The translations under genes and the position numbers were made by a program. Below are positions 58,133-64,000 of a DNA stretch of 64,000 nucleotides, piece after piece (position 1 is the first letter of the stretch; each line of letters starts with the position of its first letter). The DNA is from a bacterium. Its GTDB lineage: Bacteria; UBA8248; JACPRG01; G963555815. Below the pieces are notes generated by a model. The model saw nothing but the letters and a program-made list of their open reading frames with translations, searched no databases and had not been told where the DNA came from. The stretch spans positions 192,001-256,000 of the forward strand of contig CBDHDG010000005.1 in the NCBI GenBank assembly GCA_965261595.1. The letters are read 5' to 3'.

Positions 58133-60480
58133 CAGGATGAGGCCTCCCGTGCTTCCTTGTCCCGCAGGGCGCGGAGCACCTTCTCGGGGGTGATGGGCAG
58201 ATCGTGGATGCGCACCCCCACGGCGTCGAAGACCGCGTTGGCGACGGCCGGAGAGGGCGGGGTGATTGAAGTCTCCCCCGTCCCCCGCGCGCCGAAAGGT
58301 CCGTCTTTCACCGGCGTCTCGACCAGGATGTCCTCCATCTCTCCCGGGATTTCCTCAAACGAGGGGAGGATGTAGTCCACGAAGTGAGGGTTCAGGGGCT
58401 GTCCGTTGTCGAAGTTCAAGGACTCGAAAAAGGTCTGCCCCAGCGCCATCATGGCCGATCCGGAGACCTGCTCGCGGCAACTCTTGGGGTTCAGGGCTTT
58501 GCCCACGTCCACCGCGTTGACGAACTTGCGGACCTTCACGACGCCTGTTTCCGTGTCCACTTCCACCTCGGCCGCCCCCGCCGCGGGAAACCAGTACACC
58601 GTCGTCAGCTCTTCGAGCGCCAGGCCGGTTTCCTTGTCGAGCTTGCCGCCTTTGGTCTTGAGGACCCCCCGCCCGAGGATGTTCCCGCCGTCCATCCCGA
58701 AATAGCCCTGGATGACATCCTGGATCGAGATGTTCCGGTCCGGGTCGGTCTTCGGAAACACCCGCCCTTCCCGGATGTCCAGGTCTTCGGAGGCCGCCTC
58801 CAACAGGTCGGCGGCCAGATCGCAGATCTGCTTTTTGGCATCGACGGCCGCCATGCTCACAGCCGATCCCACGTGGAAGGTGGACCGGCTGGAGTTCGTC
58901 ATCTGGTCGTAGGGCGTCACGTCGGTGTCCGGGTGGACGATCTTCACGCTGTGGTAGGTCGTTCCCAGGGTCTCGGCCGCGATCTGGGCCATGACGGCGT
59001 CGGACCCCTGGCCCATGTCCACGGTGCTGCAAAGGACGGAGACGCTCCCGTCGTTGTTGACCGTGATAAAGGCGCTCGAGGTCGTGGGCGTCACGGTGCT
59101 CTTGATGGCGACGGCCACGCCCCGGCCCACTTTGACGTGCGCTTCCGCGGCGGGTTCGGGCGGCTTGTCCCAGCCCAGGGCCTCGGTGGCCCGGCGGAGG
59201 TTTTCCTTGAAGTCGATCTCTTTCATGATCGAGGTCGTGACGAATTCATCCCCCGGCTCGATCAGGTTCCGGTCCAGGAACTCCCGGCTCTCGATCCCCA
59301 GGGCGTGCGCGATGATGTCGTTTTGCTGCGCGTAGGCCCACGATACCTGCGCGACGCCGAATCCGCGAAACGGTCCGGACGAGGGCTTGTTGGTCAGAAC
59401 GCAGTGGGAATCGACCCAGGCGTTGGGCATCTTGAACGGTCCGCATGAGACGTACCCGCAGTTCTTGGCCACCCGAGGGCCGATGTCGGCGTAGGCCCCG
59501 GTGTCCAGGTAGATCTCCGTCTTCCGCGCCCGGAAGCGGCCGTCCCGGCCGACGCCGGTCTTGATCTTGACGAGGGAGGCGTGCTTGACGCATTCCAGGA
59601 AGCATTCCTCCCGGGACAGTGTCAGCCGGACCGGCCGGCCGCACTTCCAGGCCAGACAGGCCGTCACCGGCTCGATCCGGGCGTAGGTCTTGCTGCCGTA
59701 TCCGCCTCCGAGGTATCCGGGAATGATGATCCGGACATTGCCGACCTGCGTCTTGAAGACCCGCGCCACGGAGTTGCGCGCGAGGAAGGGGTTCTGGGTG
59801 CTGGACCAGATGGTGACCCGGTTGCCCCGCTCGACCTTCGCGACGGCGTTGTAGGGCTCGAAAGCCACGTGCTGCGTCGTCGGGGTGGTGAACTCGTGCT
59901 CGAAGACGTGGTCCGATTCGGCGAACCCTTTGTCCACATTCCCGTAGCGCAGCCGGTACTGGTTGCAGATGTTGGTGCCGGGGATGGGGCGGATCGTCTT
60001 CAGGTCGGCGAACCCCTGGGACGGGGGCTCCAGGATTCCGTGGATGAGAGGCGCCCCCTCGGCCAGGGCGGCCTCAAGGTCCGTCGCTGCGGGGATCTCC
60101 TCGTACTCCACGTCGATGAGACCGAGCGCCTCCTCGGCCGTGTCGATGTCCGCCGCGGCGACGGCCGCCACGCGGTCCCCCACGTAGCGCACCTTGTCCA
60201 GCGCGACGACGGGTTGATCGTAATAGACCGGACCGTAGGTCGGGGTGAAGCGGTCGTTACCGATGAAATCGTCCCGGGTCAGCACGCCGAAAACCCCGGG
60301 CAGCCGCTCCGCCCGGGAGGCGTCGATGTGGCGAATCCGGGCGTGGGGATGGGGGCTTCTCAGGACCAGGGCGTGGGCCGCCCCCGGCACTTCGAAGTGC
60401 ATCGTGTAGACGCCTTCGCCCCGCACCTTGGATTCGGCTTCGGGGCGGATCTCGGACAGGCCGATGGTTACATTGCCCAT
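58132..60480 (-). CDS. Molybdopterin-binding large subunit of xanthine-dehydrogenase family (CoxL-like, not form-I CODH)
   Basis: RSPHPHA, KVRYVGD, GGGYGSK, GPFRGFG, DMGQG, GARGTGE, AVANAVFDAVGVR. Confidence 0.92.
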   Translation of the reverse strand: MGNVTIGLSEIRPEAESKVRGEGVYTMHFEVPGAAHALVLRSPHPHARIRHIDASRAERLPGVFGVLTRDDFIGNDRFTPTYGPVYYDQPVVALDKVRYVGDRVAAVAAADIDTAEEALGLIDVEYEEIPAATDLEAALAEGAPLIHGILEPPSQGFADLKTIRPIPGTNICNQYRLRYGNVDKGFAESDHVFEHEFTTPTTQHVAFEPYNAVAKVERGNRVTIWSSTQNPFLARNSVARVFKTQVGNVRIIIPGYLGGGYGSKTYARIEPVTACLAWKCGRPVRLTLSREECFLECVKHASLVKIKTGVGRDGRFRARKTEIYLDTGAYADIGPRVAKNCGYVSCGPFKMPNAWVDSHCVLTNKPSSGPFRGFGVAQVSWAYAQQNDIIAHALGIESREFLDRNLIEPGDEFVTTSIMKEIDFKENLRRATEALGWDKPPEPAAEAHVKVGRGVAVAIKSTVTPTTSSAFITVNNDGSVSVLCSTVDMGQGSDAVMAQIAAETLGTTYHSVKIVHPDTDVTPYDQMTNSSRSTFHVGSAVSMAAVDAKKQICDLAADLLEAASEDLDIREGRVFPKTDPDRNISIQDVIQGYFGMDGGNILGRGVLKTKGGKLDKETGLALEELTTVYWFPAAGAAEVEVDTETGVVKVRKFVNAVDVGKALNPKSCREQVSGSAMMALGQTFFESLNFDNGQPLNPHFVDYILPSFEEIPGEMEDILVETPVKDGPFGARGTGETSITPPSPAVANAVFDAVGVRIHDLPITPEKVLRALRDKEAREASS

Positions 60481-60494
60481 GGTTCCTCCGCTCC

Positions 60495-61376
60495 TCAGGC
60501 GGTAACATTTTCGCCGATGGCCCGCTTCACGATACGGCGGGCGAAGACGCGCGAGAGTTCTTTCTTGTACCAGGCGGATCCCCGGGAATCCTCCATGGGG
60601 TCCACCCGGTCGAAGCAGTGCTCGGCGATCTCGTCGATGAGGGCGTCGTCCAGCCCCCGGCCGGCCGCCATCTCCGGGACCCCGGGCACGCGAAAGGGGA
60701 TTTCGGTCACGGACCCGAAAATGATCTCCAGCGAGCGGCACGTCCCGTCCCCTTCCAGTTCCGCAAACGCCGCCACGCCCAGGCAGGGCCAGTCGGTGGA
60801 GGTGTTGGGCGTGAATTTCAGATAGGCGGACCGCAAGGATGGCGGGGCGTCGGGAATCACGACGCTCCGGAGGATTTCGTCCTCCTCCAGGGCGGATTCC
60901 AGATAGCCGGTGAAGAAGTCGGCGAAGGGTATCTCCCGCTCCCCCCGGACGCTTTGGACGACCGCGTAGGCCCCCAGCCCGATGAGGACGGGGGGGGGGT
61001 CGGAATGCGGGTCCGCGTGAGCCAGCTCGCCGCCCAGCGTGCCCATGCACCGGATCCGGACGTTGGCCACCTGGCTCATCACCTCGGCCAGCAACGGGCA
61101 GTGCGCGCGGACCGTCGGTGAGGTTTCCAGCGTCCGGTGCAGAGCCCCGGCGCCGATGATCAGACCGACCCCCGATTCATGGCGGATGGCGTCGAAATCC
61201 CGGATGCGCCGCACGGCGACCAATCGCTCGGGCCGGAAGATTCGTTGTTTCATCAGGATGGAGAGCGCGATGCCGCCCCCGACGACCTTCACGCCTTCGC
61301 CAGCCTTGGAGAGTTGATCGCAGGCCTCCTCCAAGGAGGCGGGTTCGAGGATTTCCAGGGAGACCATCCGGTCCAT
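60495..61376 (-). CDS. FAD-binding medium subunit (CoxM-like)
   Basis: PASLEEA, VVGGG, ANVRIRCMGTLGG.LAHADP, DSRGSAWYK. Confidence 0.92.
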   Translation of the reverse strand: MDRMVSLEILEPASLEEACDQLSKAGEGVKVVGGGIALSILMKQRIFRPERLVAVRRIRDFDAIRHESGVGLIIGAGALHRTLETSPTVRAHCPLLAEVMSQVANVRIRCMGTLGGELAHADPHSDPPPVLIGLGAYAVVQSVRGEREIPFADFFTGYLESALEEDEILRSVVIPDAPPSLRSAYLKFTPNTSTDWPCLGVAAFAELEGDGTCRSLEIIFGSVTEIPFRVPGVPEMAAGRGLDDALIDEIAEHCFDRVDPMEDSRGSAWYKKELSRVFARRIVKRAIGENVTA

Positions 61377-61767
61377 CCTTTCTCAACATGAATTCACAGA
61401 GACAGGCGGTGAAGGCGCCCCCCTCCCGCGTGCAAACCATCCTGTCCTGTCGGGGAAGTCTCCAATCGGTCCGGTCAGGCCGCGGATCGGTCGCGGCGCG
61501 TCCCTGTCGTTACCGGATGCGGTTCCGCACGCGCCGACCGGACATTTGAATTCCAGGAACGGGAAAGTGTATTCCGACACGAAACGGGTTGTCAAGGTTG
61601 CGCGTTCGTTCGCGCTCCGGGATGGGCGGGGAGGCGGTTCACAAGCGGCGGGGCCGGACGCGCCGCGTCCCTCGGAAATCGGGTGTAAAATATCCAACCC
61701 CCAGTTTCCGGGGGGGATGGGCGCGTTCCGGTCCGGGATGAGCCCCGCGGTCAAGGAATTCTCGGAT

Positions 61768-62922
61768 ATGGCCAGCCGAAACCGATGGGTCCTCCTGGCA
61801 ATCGCCTGGTGCGTCGCGCTGAACCTGCGCGGGATCTCCCTCTCGGTGTCGCCCCTGTTGCCTTTCATCAAGAACGATCTGGGGTTGACGTACGTGGAGG
61901 CGGGGCTCCTGTTCTCGACGCCCACGATCCTGATGGCCGTCTTCGGGTTTCCCGGCGGATGGCTGGCGGACACCATCGGCATGAAGCGGACCCTGACCCT
62001 GGGCTTGGTGTTGATCCTGGCGGGCGCCGCGCTTCGGACGGCCGCGCCGGGTTTCCGGATGCTTTTGCTCTGGACGGCGCTTTTGGGGGCCGGTATGGGG
62101 ATCTCGGGCCCCTGCCTGACGCGGATGGTCAAGGACCGGTTCGCGGACCTGCCGGGCACGGCCACGGGCATCTACACGACCGGGATCATCATGGGCGCGA
62201 CGCTGGCGACGTGGCTGACCTATCCCTTCCTGTTGGGGTGGACCGGGTCCTGGAAGGGGACGTTCCTGGTTTGGAGCGCCGTCGCGTTGTTCGGGTTATT
62301 GGGATGGGTGCTGCTGGCCCCGTCCGGCGACGGCGCCGGCGGCGGCGCTCCGAAGATCGCGGGAATTTGGCGGGACAGGACGGTTTGGAAGCTGAACATC
62401 ATTTTTCTCGCCCAGGGGTTCGTGTTCTATTCCCTGTCCTCCTGGATACCGACGTACTATCACGAACTGGGCCTGACGCTGAAGACCAGCACGCGGATCC
62501 TGGCGGTGTTCATTTTTCTGAATCTGCCTTCAAGCCTGATCATTCCTTATGTCTCGGACAAAACCGGGGGAACCAAGACGAGCCTGATCGTTTCGGGCGC
62601 CATTCTTCTTCCGGCGGTGTTCGGGATAATCTTTTTTCCCCTGGCGTTGACTTGGTTCTACCCAATTTTGATGGGCGTTGCGATGGGGGGGATCTTCGCC
62701 CTGAGCTTTGCCTTGCCGCTGAAATACGTTGAGCCCCGCCTTGTGGGCAGCGTGGCGGGCGCGAACCTTCTGGTCGGGTACGGGGGGACCTTCGCCGGAC
62801 CCATCGTGATCGGTTGGGTCCACGACCTGACGGGCGAATTCACGGGGGGCTGGTTTCTCGTGATCAGGTCGATCGTCCTGCTCATGCTGACCGCCTGGCG
62901 GCTGCCGAAGCAGGTGTATTAA
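61768..62922 (+). CDS. MFS transporter (CynX/NimT-like)
   Basis: ALNLR..SVSPLL, GWLADTIG, ~12 TM, GWVHDLTG. Confidence 0.85.
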   Translation: MASRNRWVLLAIAWCVALNLRGISLSVSPLLPFIKNDLGLTYVEAGLLFSTPTILMAVFGFPGGWLADTIGMKRTLTLGLVLILAGAALRTAAPGFRMLLLWTALLGAGMGISGPCLTRMVKDRFADLPGTATGIYTTGIIMGATLATWLTYPFLLGWTGSWKGTFLVWSAVALFGLLGWVLLAPSGDGAGGGAPKIAGIWRDRTVWKLNIIFLAQGFVFYSLSSWIPTYYHELGLTLKTSTRILAVFIFLNLPSSLIIPYVSDKTGGTKTSLIVSGAILLPAVFGIIFFPLALTWFYPILMGVAMGGIFALSFALPLKYVEPRLVGSVAGANLLVGYGGTFAGPIVIGWVHDLTGEFTGGWFLVIRSIVLLMLTAWRLPKQVY

Positions 62923-62952
62923 TCCACCCTCGGGGAGGGGGACGCCGCCTGC

Positions 62953-63165
62953 CTACGAAGCGGTCGGATTTTCCCCGTCCCTGTTTTCCGGGTCTTTCTT
63001 CTCGGAGGGCGAGTATTCATCCAGATAACGGCGGATGGCCGACGTGACGATCTCTGTGACCGTTCTCCGCTCTTGGGTGACGATCGAGTCCAGCTTTTTT
63101 GTGACGTCCGGGGGCAGGGCGAGGGTGTGGACCCTGACCGCGCGGAATCGAATGCCCTGGGCCAT
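62953..63165 (-). CDS. Small ribbon-helix-helix (CopG-like) protein
   Basis: TLALPPDVTKKLDSIV..RRTVTEIVTSAIRRYL pattern; GGAGGAG RBS. Confidence 0.6.
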   Translation of the reverse strand: MAQGIRFRAVRVHTLALPPDVTKKLDSIVTQERRTVTEIVTSAIRRYLDEYSPSEKKDPENRDGENPTAS

Positions 63166-63242
63166 CTTTCTCCTCCCACCTTTCCTCCGGCCGCATCCCC
63201 CGGTCTTGCGGGGCGCCGTTTTCAAAACAGTGAACGCGGGCG

Positions 63243-63905
63243 TCAGGACGCCCCGTTGAAGTCGGGTCCGATGAACTCCATGTACGGCTTCGAATACGAA
63301 GCGATGAAATGATTCGTGCGATCCTCGATAAGCCCCTCCACCTTCTCCTGGATTTCCGGCGTCGTTGCGTAGCGCTCCAGGATCAGCCGGCCGGTGTGGA
63401 TGTGATTGCCCTCGTGGGCCATGACCTCCTCCTCGATGACCCGGGCGGACTCCTTATCCACAAGCGTGACCAGCTTTTCCATGCACGCGGCCAGGATGAA
63501 CTCGCCCGTCAGGTTGCTCGCGGCCGCGATGTAGACCGGATGGTCCCAGGAGAGGGTCTTCTCGAGCATGCCGTTGTGGGCGGGTCCGGCCTTGAATCGG
63601 GTGAGGTCGCTCTCCGCCCCGCGGTCGGCGACGAGCTTGGCGAAGACCTGGTAGTGGTGATATTCCTCGACGAGCTGTTGTGTGAGGAGAAGCTTGAGGT
63701 CGAGGTCTTCCGGAGAAATGAGGGTGATCATTTTGGCCGGGCAAAAGACGCCGAGGTAATACTCTCTCCATTCGTGAGACTGGAAGGTGGCGGTGATCTC
63801 GTCCTCGGAAAGCGTAGGCGTGCGCTCCAGGACGGTTTCCTTCATTTTCTCGGCGTTTTCCGTCGCCCTGGCAAGAATCCGCTTGGCAAATTCCCGGCTG
63901 TCCAT
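63243..63905 (-). CDS. Ferritin-like (di-iron carboxylate) domain protein
   Basis: Helical, E..EEYHH and E..HEGNH pairs; AAGGAGG RBS. Confidence 0.7.
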   Translation of the reverse strand: MDSREFAKRILARATENAEKMKETVLERTPTLSEDEITATFQSHEWREYYLGVFCPAKMITLISPEDLDLKLLLTQQLVEEYHHYQVFAKLVADRGAESDLTRFKAGPAHNGMLEKTLSWDHPVYIAAASNLTGEFILAACMEKLVTLVDKESARVIEEEVMAHEGNHIHTGRLILERYATTPEIQEKVEGLIEDRTNHFIASYSKPYMEFIGPDFNGAS

Positions 63906-64000
63906 CGCCTCGCCTCCTTCAGGTCTTGAGGGTGGATTTCAGACCCTTGAAAGTTCCGCCTTGGAGTCCCTTTCGCGGTTTGGGCGAAGGTGAAATCCTG

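Noticed and set aside
57659..61376. Aerobic CO dehydrogenase
   Set aside because: Lacks the AYxCSFR active-site loop and cox accessory genes

Overview
High-GC bacterial DNA, probably from a draft or metagenome assembly, since several genes carry single-base frameshifts at G/C homopolymers and there is one apparent chimeric junction. The left half (1-32.2 kb) is mostly housekeeping and metabolic: a LigB/LigA-type dioxygenase pair, transporters, rlmD, an AmmeMemoRadiSam B-type gene, an OmpR-family two-component pair upstream of a DegP protease, an IspH-UbiA-like fusion, a CitE-like lyase, a membrane-anchored UxxC selenoprotein with a SECIS-like hairpin, pyrK/pyrD, ccsA-hemA-hemC-hemD, and an SGNH/SxtJ/carbamoyltransferase module. 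From ~32.3 to 54.4 kb there is a visibly less GC-rich, all-minus-strand block ending at tRNA-Pro(GGG). It holds cbtBA, a cobalamin riboswitch, and a late-pathway/salvage B12 operon (cobC, cobU, cobT, cobS, cobD, cobQ, cbiB, btuB, cobN, chlI/D fusion, cbiE, btuFCD, cobO). At its distal end is the most interesting element: a compact three-gene graspetide (ATP-grasp RiPP) cluster made of a 62-aa precursor with a Ser/Thr...Asp core, an MvdC/D-type ATP-grasp ligase, and a translationally coupled APH-fold protein whose catalytic HGD motif reads HGS. The right end encodes a secreted ~17-aa-repeat protein, an ACMSD-like amidohydrolase, a CoxMLS-type molybdenum hydroxylase, an MFS transporter, an RHH protein and a ferritin-like protein. 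All calls come from motif recognition by eye; no searches were run.
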